Shown here: piece after piece, positions 1 to 13,431 of the stretch
Numbering within the stretch: the first letter of the stretch is position 1
Layout: the number at the start of each line of letters is the position of its first letter
Origin: Flectonema sp. DT1601
Lineage: Eukaryota
Direction of reading: 5' to 3'
DNA length: 46,531 nucleotides
NCBI GenBank assembly: GCA_964019425.1
Contig: OZ025782.1
Span: 1,736,001-1,782,531, forward strand
Notes under the pieces: generated by a model
The model's input: the letters and a program-made list of their open reading frames with translations, nothing else
Database searches by the model: none
Told to the model about the DNA's origin: nothing
Translations under genes and position numbers: made by a program

Positions 1-954
1 GCTGACAATAAGAAAAAGTACACAATTCTTCATCAGGGTGAAGTTGGGTATCAAGACTGCTGGAACACAACAGAAAAACCTGAAAGAGCACTTCCCAAGT
101 CGCTGAGAGTACAAGTATGTAATTTATTCAAGACAGTATTCTTAAAGAAACATCATACAAAAAAACGAAATACAGATACCACTCCCGACTGTATCTAAAG
201 TATCAGAACTTACTATGCAGGTTGAGTCAAAATTAATCCTCCTTTCGTCTGAGAAGCTCGGTATGCTTTTATTTGGTTACGTAGGCCTATCTTGAGCGTA
301 GTTGAGATTTAACAAATTAATATAACAGAAATTAATGAAAATATTCCCCTGCCATACGAAATCGATCCGGATAGATCTGCTGCAAAGTTTGAGAAATCAA
401 AGAAGGTTCTCACCGTTACGCTCCCTGTCGTTCAAAAGAAGTCTGACTTCGAAATAAATTTCAAAAAAGAAAAACGAGAAGAGATGACAAAGTTTAGTGA
501 AGAAGCCAAACAACAGGCGGATGAAGAACGCAGAGAGAAAGAGGAAGAACAAAAACAGATTAGAGATATAAAAGAAGCAGAGGAAAAAGAAAAACGAGAA
601 AAGGAAGAAGCGGAGAATGCAAGACAGAGGGAAATGGAAGCTGCATTGGAAGCTGCTGCAAAGGCAGAGCGAGAGCGAAGAGAACTTGAAAAGAGAATTC
701 GCGAGCAGGAGATGGAAAAGAAGCGAAGAGCTGACTTAGAAGCAAGACTCGGTGAGCTAGACTCTGCACGCCTCGATATGCATGCGCGAGAGGAGCTACT
801 TCGACAGGAAGCCGTCGAAGAACACGATTCGATTATGAATAAAATTAGAAAAGAAATTGAAATCACAAAAGACACGATCTCACTCGCCGCAACTGCAAAG
901 CGCAAACGGGACGAACTCCCATTCCAGAGTTCACTCATTCACGAACTCGACTAA
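1..954 (+). CDS. DNAAF2: Kintoun/PF13 (DNAAF2)-like PIH1-family dynein assembly factor, 5'-truncated; exons <1-114, 176-260, 329-954
   Basis: Removing GT-AG introns 115-175 and 261-328 gives one frame: KKYTILHQGEVGYQDCW...RALPKSLRVQIPLPTVSKVSEL...IPLPYEIDPDRSAAKFEKSKKVLTVTLPV (PIH1 CS-like domain). A coiled coil follows, then a C-terminal FQSSLIHELD resembling the kintoun tail. In frame with ORF 484-954. Confidence 0.8.
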
Positions 955-1292
955 ACAAATTAATTAATTCTTTCTTTAAAATAATAATAAAAAAAATCTT
1001 GTGAAAACAAGAACTACATAAGTCCGTTTCTGTTTTTATTCCCTCTCAAAAAAAAGCAGCGATGCGACAAGCTTCTCTTTAGGCCTGAAAAAGGGGAGTT
1101 ATTCCCTCGGTGATAGCCGTTGCATTTTTATGTTTCATCTGTTATGTTATCTTCCTCTCTCCTCCGCCTTAACATTTTTTTTTATTAAAAAAAAATAAAA
1201 TAGCTTGAGTCGTCGCGACTGATCAGTTCTTTTGATGAGCTCAGCGATGGCATTTTCATCTTGTTGCCACTTTTCAACTGTGTTGTGAGCCA

Positions 1293-1325
<33 letters not shown>

Positions 1326-1505
1326 TTTGACAAACTTTAAAATCAATTCGTTCCCTTGGATTCCGCAGTTTAGTTTAAACATTTTTCTTTTTTAATATTC
1401 AGAAATTGTGATAATATGATGAACTTTCTTCTTTTTTTTTATTCGTGCCTCCTCTCTCAGACTACTTTTATTGATATCATCAACTAACTCAGTACACATC
1501 CAAAC

Positions 1506-2978
1506 ATGGCTCGGAGATCCCGACGTTTGGAAGAGCAGATTGGACATTCTGCTGCACAGTCTGGGTTTATGACAGATACGAATACATATGAAGACATCGG
1601 AAGTAGCATCAGTCATGAGAACATTCTCGGAAAAGTCAGATTTGACAGGGAAGAATCTAAAAAGATGGAATCTAGCGTGACCAGCAACAGTACCGTAACA
1701 GAGATGTATAGTTCTTACAACGCATCGACTGCTGAAGATATTTTAGCAAGAATGGATCCTTTAGAAGCGATGGATGATGATACTGTTTGTACTGACTTAA
1801 CAATTAGTATTGATTGCCTTACAGTTGAGAGTACTTCTCCTCAAACTGGTTGGTATTGTGTTGAAGGAAACATTATTACCACATCGAAACTTCAATCACT
1901 TCGAAGAAGAAAAGGAATGTCAGCGAACAAGTCACCAGTAGCTTCATTCAGAACTGGTATGTCGCAGTTCATTGGACAACGATGTGAGTGGAAGAGTCCT
2001 AGCGGTAGGCGCAACCAACGGTTTCGCATATCAAAAGTCCGATTGCCTGGTGGAAAGTACCACGAGTCTCAATTAAACAGACGTTACTTGGAATTAATTA
2101 TTCTGAGAGGGGAATCTCAGAATTCTTCTCCAGCTGAATGTGTTCCAATTATGAAAGACAAGGCTTTGGCTGATTTGATTTACAAACCTACTCCTGGAAA
2201 TATAAAGAAAAGACGTCGAGCTCAGATGACCCTTTCAAGAGATGACGTTCCTTATCAATACGCAATTCAGGTTTATGTAACAATGCTGTTATCTGAAGAT
2301 AGTAATGTTCACCATGTTCATCATACCTCACCTTTAGTTAATCGTAGTCTGTCTCCAAATTCAACAGGAATAATGCCAGAACACACTTATTCAGAATCGT
2401 ATTACGATCATGCAGTACCACACGAATCAATATCAAAGCAAGAGACGTCATTATCTATTAGTTGGCTTATTGTTGGAAGGAATCTTCTTATTGGTGTAAC
2501 GGGTGGGATATTAGTTGGATCTATTGTTGGTGGAATTTGTGGAGGTCTAATGGCTAAGAGTACAGTAATTCATGCGACTCACGTTAAAGCAACCACTGCG
2601 AGTGTTGTAAAAACAGCTACTGCTAAAACTACAGCAACTACATCAGCGGTGAGTAGTTCAAAAGGAACTGCTACGGCAAGTGCTGCTTCAACTGCTCCTT
2701 CAACAGCACCAGCAGCGTCAACAACTGCGACTCATGGGACTACCGCACCATCAACAGCTCATGCAGGTTACAATGCACCACTTCATGAGTCTGAATCTCC
2801 GACATATGTTGGTGCTTGTCTGGGAGCTCTAACAGGGTTATTCTCTTCACTTGTATGCTCTGTCACATCTACACCTTCCTACTGTGATCCATACGTTGAA
2901 CCCCAACCAACAGTAACTCACATTTATGAACAACAAGATGAAAGTAACATCGACTATCCTTCCAATGGAAGATACTAA
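1506..2978 (+). CDS. Hypothetical membrane protein (490 aa) with two glycine-zipper hydrophobic segments flanking a Thr/Ala/Ser-rich tract
   Basis: Long uninterrupted ORF. Hydrophobic segments LLIGVTGGILVGSIVGGICGGLM and YVGACLGALTGLFSSLVCSV. Pyrimidine-rich AG (cctctctcag) at 1460. No family recognised. Confidence 0.75.
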   Translation: MARRSRRLEEQIGHSAAQSGFMTDTNTYEDIGSSISHENILGKVRFDREESKKMESSVTSNSTVTEMYSSYNASTAEDILARMDPLEAMDDDTVCTDLTISIDCLTVESTSPQTGWYCVEGNIITTSKLQSLRRRKGMSANKSPVASFRTGMSQFIGQRCEWKSPSGRRNQRFRISKVRLPGGKYHESQLNRRYLELIILRGESQNSSPAECVPIMKDKALADLIYKPTPGNIKKRRRAQMTLSRDDVPYQYAIQVYVTMLLSEDSNVHHVHHTSPLVNRSLSPNSTGIMPEHTYSESYYDHAVPHESISKQETSLSISWLIVGRNLLIGVTGGILVGSIVGGICGGLMAKSTVIHATHVKATTASVVKTATAKTTATTSAVSSSKGTATASAASTAPSTAPAASTTATHGTTAPSTAHAGYNAPLHESESPTYVGACLGALTGLFSSLVCSVTSTPSYCDPYVEPQPTVTHIYEQQDESNIDYPSNGRY

Positions 2979-3364
2979 GTAGTCATTCTGTACACCAAGT
3001 CTGAGATTCTTAAATACACAGTTGAATAAATCCATGTTACACAACACAATGGTCTGTCTTTATTTATCCGAGCTACTTTTTAGTGTTCAGAAATATGTCG
3101 TAGTCGACATGTTTATTACACACACACACCCGTGTTTCTACAGAATTTTTCAAAAAAAAAAAAAAAAAAAATTCTTTTGTTTTGTTTGTTTGTTATTGAC
3201 TGTTTTTATGTTTCTTTCTTTTTTTTTCTACATGCAAGCTACACGTATGCTACTGTTGTCATTATGATACGAGAACACAAACACAAGTATTGAGTTAAAA
3301 AGAAAATAACAAAAAAATACTTTTGATAAAAAAATTATTTATTAATAAAGCAGTTATTCACTTT

Positions 3365-4123
3365 ATGGAAAGTCAATTATTTTTACTATCGTGTGACTGC
3401 GGTGATATCGAACAAGCGCAAAAACATTTAAGCGAAACTGCCGTAGCTAAAAGATGGAAATCCACTGACAGCAGAAAGTATGGAAAGTTCTTTAACATTG
3501 GTGTGACCCCGTTAATGATGGCTTCGAGGTCAGGTCACTCCGAAATAGTTCAAATGCTGTTGAAGGCTGGTGCAGAAGTCAATGATACGGATGATGAAGA
3601 TTGGAATAGTCTTCATTATGCATGTTTTTCAGGACACGCTGGGATAGCAAAAATACTACTACAGTCTAATTGTGATGATTCTCTGATTACTAAGTATGAG
3701 AGGGCAACACCATTGCAATTTGCTGTTCACAGGAAGTTTGGTGATACTGTTGCCGTGTTTGGAGGAGAACAACCTCCTGAATACAACGATTTTACAAGGA
3801 AATCAGTTATTCAAAAAGGAATGATGAAATTAGCAAAGGAACGACCTTCAAGTGATTCATCGTACACACTACTTCACAGGTATAAAATGTCTTTGGAGTC
3901 GTACGTTGTGTGGAAACAGTACCTCGAATCGGAGGCTCGTTCTTCAGTTTCTTTACCGGCAGTTGATCTTGCTGTTGGAAAACCTGTTTGGGTGTTTATG
4001 TATCCCCAATTACCACGACCATCTTCATCACAAGTACAAGGAACTATTATTAGGCATTCTTCAGTATCTGGTTTACAAAATTTCACAATATCTTTAAGAG
4101 AGAGTCATGAAGACAGCAGCTAA
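3365..4123 (+). CDS. Ankyrin-repeat protein
   Basis: Motifs GVTPLMMASRSGHSEIVQMLLKAGAEVN, WNSLHYACFSGHAGIAKILL and ATPLQFAVH. First ATG is at 3365; the ORF-track start at 3323 is TTG. Confidence 0.85.
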   Translation: MESQLFLLSCDCGDIEQAQKHLSETAVAKRWKSTDSRKYGKFFNIGVTPLMMASRSGHSEIVQMLLKAGAEVNDTDDEDWNSLHYACFSGHAGIAKILLQSNCDDSLITKYERATPLQFAVHRKFGDTVAVFGGEQPPEYNDFTRKSVIQKGMMKLAKERPSSDSSYTLLHRYKMSLESYVVWKQYLESEARSSVSLPAVDLAVGKPVWVFMYPQLPRPSSSQVQGTIIRHSSVSGLQNFTISLRESHEDSS

Positions 4124-4365
4124 CCAAGTAGTTGAGCCAACTACTTATGAGATTTACAGTAAGCGTTTCTAGCCTGAGCTTTTATCTGTTTGTTTTGTAA
4201 TTCTTAGTAATTACTTTTTGTTTGTAGAATGTTAACTTAATTTATATATATTTTATACAGATGTTTGTTATAGATTATGAAGAGGGGGTTTTTAATGGTA
4301 ATCCCATGTCGTTAATATTTCTAATATTTATTTATATTATTTTTTTTCTTATAGTCCGAAGGATA

Positions 4366-7300
4366 ATGGATATCAGTGGGGATGATACGGTGGTAGCGGG
4401 GCACTCTGACTCTTTTGGTATGTCGCTGCCTCCGGCATCTGGACCGCAATGGGAGACACCACAACCAAGTGATACCAGCTCATCAGCAATTGAATACTCT
4501 ACGAAGGCTATTAGTGTTCGGGTTGTAATCGCATTGTTGTGTTTGGTCTCAATTATATCGTCTGTTTCTGTCATAAGTTCCTTCAGTACAGTCGTTTGCG
4601 ATGAAGCAATATCCGATACAAGAGAGACAGCTGATAACGCCACTGGAGAATGCTTCAATCAAGCCTCTTCGAGCTTAGAAACAAACAGCAGAGACCTAAT
4701 GGTGTTATCATCAAATTCAATTGGACGATTAACAAATATATTCTTCGAATCTTTTTATACTCATATCCGACAGCTTATAGTTCAGGTAGAGTCAGCTAAT
4801 AATGATACAGAACGGTACAATTGGGAGTGGTGGAAGACGCTACAAAAACCTATGGCGAAGTCTCTTCGACTGTCGTCTGAGAGTGGCCTGGCCCTCTTAG
4901 GAATTCAAAGCGATCAATTTACCCAGTATTATTTAGACGTTGTTGGACTCGCATCAGGGGACACAGTCGGAGCAGCCTTCTACGATGACACCCAACAATC
5001 TAAATTGGGTTTCGCAAGTTCGAATACAGGAAAGATTATTGTCCCACTTCCGGGCCTTGATTTTCACCCACTACGAGTTGGTCCACTCGCTGCCATATCA
5101 GAGTTTGACATTATACCAAAAGAAAAACTAGTCTGGACAGATATTTACGAGTTATCAATTTTTATAGGTGTGATTCTATCATACCACATCCGTGACGTAA
5201 ATAACCGTCCTGTGTATATGTATGTTGCAGCGACGATTCCAAAAATATCACTCTACCTAAAAGAGATATCGGAGGGAACAAAGAATGAGACGGGAGCTGA
5301 TATAAGGATTTACTTTACAATTGCTTCAAGTTGGATATCAACGGCATTGCGAGATGTTGGCACGGATGATGCTAACAGAGAGGCAGATAAAAGAAACCAA
5401 ACAGGTCTGCTTACAGGAGTCTCTCACGGACAAGCAGTAGTCGAAAAGAGTCCTGGAAAGATCGTACTTGATGGAACCTTTAAAGTTTTAAAAGACGTGG
5501 AGGCAACTGATCCTGTGATTAGAGGAATTGCAAAAAGGATTCAAATCCACGGTCATGATCGATACTCACTCACAGACAGAGGAATTATTGAGATAGAAGA
5601 CAATAACACTACAGTGATGGAAGATTTCTTCATCAGTACAAAAAGAGTTAAAAGAGATGGTATCGACTGGTGGCTCACATTAGGACTCCCTTCAGAATTT
5701 GCCCTCGGTGAAGTCGGCAGAGCAAACGCTGCGACAAAGACTCTACTTGCTAAAAGGAGTGCATCTGTTGAAAGCGACTGGACGAAGTCGCGAAGAAATA
5801 TGATTCTGTTGGCTGTTGGAATCTCACTCTCGATGGTGTTATTTCTGATTATCGCAAATCATTTAATTTGGAGAAGTACAACAAAACTAAACACATCAAT
5901 GCAAAAGGTCGCTGATATGCAACTTGATGACATCGCATTTGGTGATGTTGAAGCTCTATCGAGATTCCATGAAGTCAGACAAATGCAAGTTGCATTTGCG
6001 AAGATGGTTAAAAATCTTAAAGAGTACAAGGCATACGTTCCAAGTGCTGTCCTCCATGGTACAGCTCATGTCGTTGCGGAACCCCCAACTGGTAATATTT
6101 CCGTTGTTTTCACTGACATCGTATCATCAACACACCTTTGGTCATTATCACATTGTGGAATGAATACCGCCCTTGAAATTCATAATGACATCATGAGAAA
6201 AGTTTTAATTGAGTTTAAAGGTTACGAAGTAAAGACAATCGGAGACGCCTTTATGGTGGCTTTTCAAGATCCTCTGACTGCTCTTGGATTCTGTTTTAGA
6301 GTACAAAATATGTTACTAAAACAAGAATGGCCTACTGAGATAGGTCTCCCTCCGCAATACTCTGATAACGATCAAAAGAAACTTTTGTGGAATGGAATTA
6401 GAGTCAGAATGGGATGTCACAATGGGGAAGTTATAACTGAAGAAAACCCTTTAACAAGTCGCATTGACTATAGAGGAACGACAGTCAACATTGCTAGTAG
6501 GCTTGAGTCGAAAGCTTTACCAGGAACTGTTTGTATCAGCGATTCGCTTAGAAATTATCTAAAGGAAATTGACATGAACACTATTGGTAATCCAACGATT
6601 GTAAATCATGGAGAGCATGAGTTAAAAGGACTTGGTGATGGTCACACGCTTCATATTGCTTGTCCTAGAAATCTCTCTGACAGACTCGGTAAGAGAGGTA
6701 ACGGATCTGGATTCTTATCTCCAGCTGCTGCTTATGAAGTTTCAACTACCGCAAGTCCTTCAGTTATATCAGTCGGAGGTGATAGAGATACTCCTGTAGC
6801 TGTTCCTGTTATGACAACAAATAAGAGAACAGGTCTCTCACTTGTAGGGGGAGAGGTCACTGTTGCTGTTTGTAAGTTAATTGAGTGCGATGGTAAAAAG
6901 GTATTCGAAAACTGTAATCTTCTTGTACGAGTCTCAATAGAGTCTGCGTCACAGACTGATGGTGTCGTTAGCACTGTGAGTGGTGATAGAATTGTTGTTG
7001 CCTGGAATGGGTCAAAACCTTGTAAAATGCATACGGCAGCTTCACTTCGTTTCGCTTCTCAATTACAACGTCGTGCAGACTCCATATCTCGAATTGGTAT
7101 TGCTACTGGTGATATGCTGCATGGTAATGTCGGTACTCATAAACAACGGTTTAATACAATATTCGGACGTCCATTACGGATAGCTGAAGCCTCAGTTGAA
7201 GAAGCGTTCTCTCTCAATACGTTTTCAATATTCGCTGACTGTACTCAACAGAACAGAGCAAGTCACAGTGATGCTATTGCTCCATTTCTTCGAATAACAG

Positions 7301-7787
7301 ATATCTGGCTTGATACTTTCAATCAGAGAGAAATTGTTCTGTTTCAAGTGTTAACTTCACAGCTTCTTGAACAAATTGAAATAGCATGGTCGTCTGAATT
7401 GTATGTGTTTGTTGTTTCTTTACAAAGTATGTGTGTAAGTTATATTAATTTTTTATCCTAACAACCCACAGAGAAACGAATCAACAGCACAGTGTTGCTG
7501 ACCATAATAGAGCAGTCAGCGCTGTCCTGAATGGCAATATCTCTGCACTGGAGCAATTGCAATTTGAACTTGCGAAAACCGCTGATCCAGTTGTCCAGGT
7601 ATGTTTTAAAAAAAAAAAATAAGTGGTTTATTTTCATCTGTTTTAAGTTAGAAACAAAAAACAAAAAAAAAAACAACAACAACAGAAAGTAATAGAAAAT
7701 CTTTGGACCCGGGTTGAAAAAGGAGAGCCATTCTTAGGCTATCGTGTGGCGGTACACTTCAGCAACAAACCTCACGTCGTTAATTAA
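4366..7787 (+). CDS. Receptor-type class III adenylate cyclase: TM - extracellular domain - TM - HAMP-like - cyclase - degenerate cyclase; exons 4366-7400, 7472-7598, 7686-7787
   Basis: Catalytic motifs VVFTDIVSSTHLW, YEVKTIGDAFMVAF and IDYRGTTVNIASRLES. Second cyclase-like domain: VSGDRIVVAWNG, IGIATGDMLHGNVG. Introns 7401-7471 and 7599-7685 extend the frame to TAA at 7785-7787. ATG 4366 chosen because it follows a pyrimidine-rich AG at 4354. Confidence 0.88.
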
Positions 7788-9632
7788 ACTAATTTTAGTA
7801 ACAGAAAACAGATCAAATTATACTAGCAAATACATTGTATTGCAAGCATAGGATACTCGAGTCCCTGTCTGCAGAGCAATGCGATGTGAAACTAAGTAAA
7901 AATCACTTTACAATAATTATTCCATTTTTTTTTTTTTTTTTTTTTATATCACACTTAATTTCTATTTACCAATTTTCATGTCTTGCAGTAGACATCATGA
8001 TTTATTTTGTTTACCTTCTTTGGAAAGGGATGAAATTGCTGATGTGATTTATGTTCTTGCGGTGTGTATTCTTTTTCTGTTGTCACTCCATGATGTTAGA
8101 AGTGATCTCCGTTTTCCGAGCCTTCATTCTGCTCAAAATATTTATTTATTTAAGTGGCTTCACTGCTGGTTACGCAGCTTTTCATATTCTAACTTTTTGA
8201 TTTCGGTTCCGTTATTCCCCTCCTCACTTCATTTATTGTCCGGTGTGGTAGAGTTATCTTTCCCTTTAGTTTTGATTATTTTTACATCTCAAGCAAATAA
8301 TGAGAGAGCGGGAAAAAAAAAAAAAAAAAAAAAAAAACTGCATTACTGATTTACTGCTGCACCAATCAATGGTAGTAGTTTGCTGGCGTCAGTTTTTAGT
8401 TTTAGTTTTTCGTATTTTTGTCCACAGAAAAGAGAATTTCTGAGAAAATATCTAAGGCAGATTTTTTCCTCTCTCGTATAGAATAAATGTGTTTGAGAAA
8501 TCTTGTTGAGACTTACAACAACAAGTTGCAGGGCAATCATTGTATACTTCCTACGTTTGGTCTAACAAGGTCGATGAGTCTGATCACTTTTTTTCTCGAA
8601 GAGCGTAATATTGTTAACACCTTCATAAGTTGTTTCTGATTTTGTGCACAAACAAAAATAAAGTGTGAATAAGCTATTTTAATGACGAATGATGGTCATG
8701 GTCCACCAAAATCAATTTCAACAAAGTCCGTTCATTTTTTATTTTTATTTTTTTTTGTTCCCTCACCCCCCATGTTTTTAATCACCTAAAGTCTAGTCAG
8801 TTATTTCCTTATTTTAATTCTCTTTTTTTCTTTTTTAAAGTCATTTCCTGTCATCATGTTGAACGCATGTAAGAAAGATCCATTCCGTTGAACCAAATTC
8901 AGCGACGCTGAGTCTTTGGAATCGGCTTCTACTATGTTTGTTTTACTCGATGAGAACACCGTTAGCAGGATGGTGTTTTTATTTTATAAATCGTAGCACT
9001 TACAGACTGACACTTACTAAAAGGTTAGCAAATATGTATGGTCTGAGGAAAGGTTTTTTTAAAAAAAAATTTAGCTTCGAAAAAAAAAAAAAACCAACTA
9101 TTTCGTTTGATGTCCTTGCGATTTTGATTGATTTCGATTTTTTTTTTGTGTAATTTGTTTTTTTGTGATAACCGACCAAAATACTAACTTGAGATTATCA
9201 TGTCGTTGCCATTTAGGTTATTTTCTTTTTTTTTCTCCTCCTCCTTTTCCTCCTTTCTGCATGTTTATTTTTTTGCACCGTCTTTGTAAGAAACTATAAG
9301 TTATATTTTTGTACTGCAAGTAGTTTCTTATACGAACTTTGATTAAGTATTTTCCTTTGACATACTTTTTTTTTTTTTTTTTTTTCCCTTTACCACTTAC
9401 TGCGGTATCACTGGGAATCCCAAAGAGCTACTAGGTTCTCTTTGGACTGTGGAACTCAGTTGATTGACTCGCAGATATGGAACAACAGAAAAGTTATTTG
9501 ATGTTTTCAAGACTTTATATCCTTACTGGTGCGTGTTTTTTTTTTTTTTTTTTTTTTTAAAACCATAAACTCATACACCAAACTATCTCTTTAGATAAAC
9601 TTAACACTCCAATCGCTACTTTGTAACTTACA

Positions 9633-9755
9633 GGAGAAGAAACTATTCAGATTAAGAACCGTTACTTATCATGGTTGATGATTTTTAATTTCTTTTGCCG
9701 ACAGTATTACTGCCTACGATCGGCAAAAAAATACAAGGTTTTATCTGAATAGTTT
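9633..9755. mobile_element. MITE-like element, copy 1
   Basis: Perfect 13-bp inverted repeat AAACTATTCAGAT (9640-9652) / ATCTGAATAGTTT (9743-9755). A homologous copy lies at 26678-26806. Confidence 0.6.
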
Positions 9756-10370
9756 TTTTTTAATTTTTTTTTATTTTTTATATAATATTATACCGATGCT
9801 TGCGCTTATGGAACTCGTTAAAAAAATGTATTCATTTTTTTTTCGAGTCCTATCTTTGATATAAAACTAGTTTTCATTCATCTTGCGTTAAAAAAAGTTA
9901 TTAAAGTTATTATTTATTTTTTTTTTTTTTTTTTAAAGTGGTCAACTGTTGTTGCTCGCTGTTTGCTGTATCATTGGGACAGAACAAAACTGTTTTTATG
10001 ATCTCCTCGTTGAGCAGTGTTTTCGTGATTTTCATTTGAATAAAGAACCTAGAAATCGTTTTTTTTTTTTTTTTTTCTTTCATTCTCATATTTTCAATCG
10101 AGTAAATGCACGCCAGCTGTTGACTTGATCATCTCATTGAGTTTCTGTCGCGTTCGTTTCCTACGCATTGATGGCGTAGCAGCCGTAGTCTCCTTTAACT
10201 TCATTCCTGTTAAGAGTTGACTTCAATCGTTTGTAAAAAAATGAATATTCGAATCTACTTCCTCCTAGTTTTATCCGTTGGTTATGTGTTTTGGAATTTC
10301 TTTCTCTCTCTTTCATATACCGTACGTTTTTCAAAAAACCTCAGCTGAGGGTTGTGTAGGAAAGTTTGTT

Positions 10371-11550
<1,180 letters not shown>

Positions 11551-12663
11551 TGATTTATTAAAACAATTATTAATTATAATCGGACTGCCTTTTGGAAGTG
11601 GCTTTTTTAATAGAACGTAGGGCTCGTATCAAGGCACATGAAAAAATAAAAAAAAAAAAACACATTATTTTAGTTGCGATGTTTTATTTCTTTTTGAGAT
11701 ATCAATGAGGGACGCGTGTCAAAACAAAAAAAAAACTAGTATACTGTGTTTCTAAGCAGTTTTCTATCCAAATACGGAATCATAGTAAATGTCTTCTTTT
11801 CTCCAGCCTACGTTACTGCTTGTGGTTGTCTTTGTGTTTCTCACTCAGTTGGGTGATAAGGTGGGGGTGATGTCATTCAATGGTGTTTCCTGAAGAATAA
11901 GGCAAGCTGTTTTTTTTTTTTTTTTTACTTCGTGCATGCAGTAAGTAGGTTTTTGGCATTTACTTTAGTTCCTTGTTGCTGGCCGCTTGCGGTTTTGCGG
12001 ATCGTATTTTTTATTCGTTCTTCGTCGATACTTTTCGTTTCTTTTCTTGGGGATGTTTCTTTTTACTTTTTCTTATGTACCCCCCCGACCTAGTTCTTAT
12101 ATTTCGTGTTTCGGTTGGCGTAGTAATTATGGCGTTTTAAATTTAACCGCGATTATGTCGTCAATTAGTTTATTATTAAATTTTCTTTTTTTCTTTCTCA
12201 TTTGCGTGGTTTGATTTGCTATAACGCAGTCAGCCTTGTGATTGAAACGCTACGCATCATAATCTGCACCAACCAGTGTAGAGAGTGAGATATAGACAAG
12301 CGTTTACTTACATTTCATCGTTAAAAAAAAAAAATAAAAAAAATAAAAAGGGAAAAAAAGTATGGCTGTTTTTTATTTATTTTTTGTTTTTGTTCTTTTT
12401 TGATCTATCTTTCCCAGCCGTCATTCTTAAGTTAGTTCCTTTGTATCGTCGCTTTGCTTTCGCCAGCACTTGTGTAGGGTCACCTTACCAGGTAGTTGAA
12501 ATTACGTGTCGAATTGTTATTTATGTCACGTTATATTTATTTATTTTATTTTATTTTTTAAATTTATAATTTTTTCCACAGGTTTTTTTTTTTCCCAAAA
12601 AAAAACATGCTGAAAAACAAGTCTGGTTAGATAAGATAAATAACAAAAAAAAAAAAAAAAAAA

Positions 12664-13272
12664 ATGGATATTTTTGGTGACTACGATGAGTCCTCAGCAT
12701 CTGTTCCAACTCCCACTCCTGGAAAACAGATAAATCGATCGACATCAATTCCTGGTTTGTGGATTATTGAAGAGCTCTTATCAAACGAAGGAGCTGAAAC
12801 TGCTTTGTGTCATTCCTTAGCAGCAGGATGGGGGACTGACTCTGTAAATAACCAAGCCATGATGTTTGGTGAGATGCCTATTTGGGTCAACGAGTTGGAA
12901 GACGTCATCCGACAGTCTGTATCAAAGAATAATATTCCGTTTAAGGTTCACAAATACAATCAACTAATTCTAAATAGATATACTGGAGAAGAGGGGTTAG
13001 TTCCTCATGTCGATCTTGCAAAGTTCGAAGACTACATTGTGGGTGTTACTCTGTGTGGTACAGCGACTTTTGTCTTTACGCCACTGTCAGGAGGATCGCC
13101 TACCTCATTCTTCCTGAAACAGGGTGATGCGTATCTCATGAGCGGCAATGCTCGATATAATTATACTCATGGGATACCTGAGTCCGAGTATGATGTAGAT
13201 GATCACGGTAATCAAATACCTCGCACAATGCGAGTTTCTATCACGCTTCGGAAATTAGTAGAAGATGAATAA
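12664..13272 (+). CDS. AlkB-family 2OG-Fe(II) dioxygenase
   Basis: NQLILNRYTGEEGLVPHVD (HxD iron ligands), LMSGNARYNYTHGI (distal His), RVSITLR (2OG-binding Arg pair). Confidence 0.9.
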   Translation: MDIFGDYDESSASVPTPTPGKQINRSTSIPGLWIIEELLSNEGAETALCHSLAAGWGTDSVNNQAMMFGEMPIWVNELEDVIRQSVSKNNIPFKVHKYNQLILNRYTGEEGLVPHVDLAKFEDYIVGVTLCGTATFVFTPLSGGSPTSFFLKQGDAYLMSGNARYNYTHGIPESEYDVDDHGNQIPRTMRVSITLRKLVEDE

Positions 13273-13431
13273 CTCTCTTAAATAAGACCTGTTGATTGAT
13301 GTTATACGTTTTCTCTTTTAACAGCGACACATTAAAGCAGTCTTTGACTACATTGTTTTCGAGAAGTGTAGTTTTCCTGTTTATAATAATAACTCCAAGT
13401 AAAATTTAAGAATCCCATAAAAAATAAAAAA

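Noticed and set aside
432..938. Minus-strand ORFs overlapping real genes (also 30650-30994, 43348-43740 and others)
   Set aside because: They are antisense shadows of biased + strand coding sequence and have no motifs.
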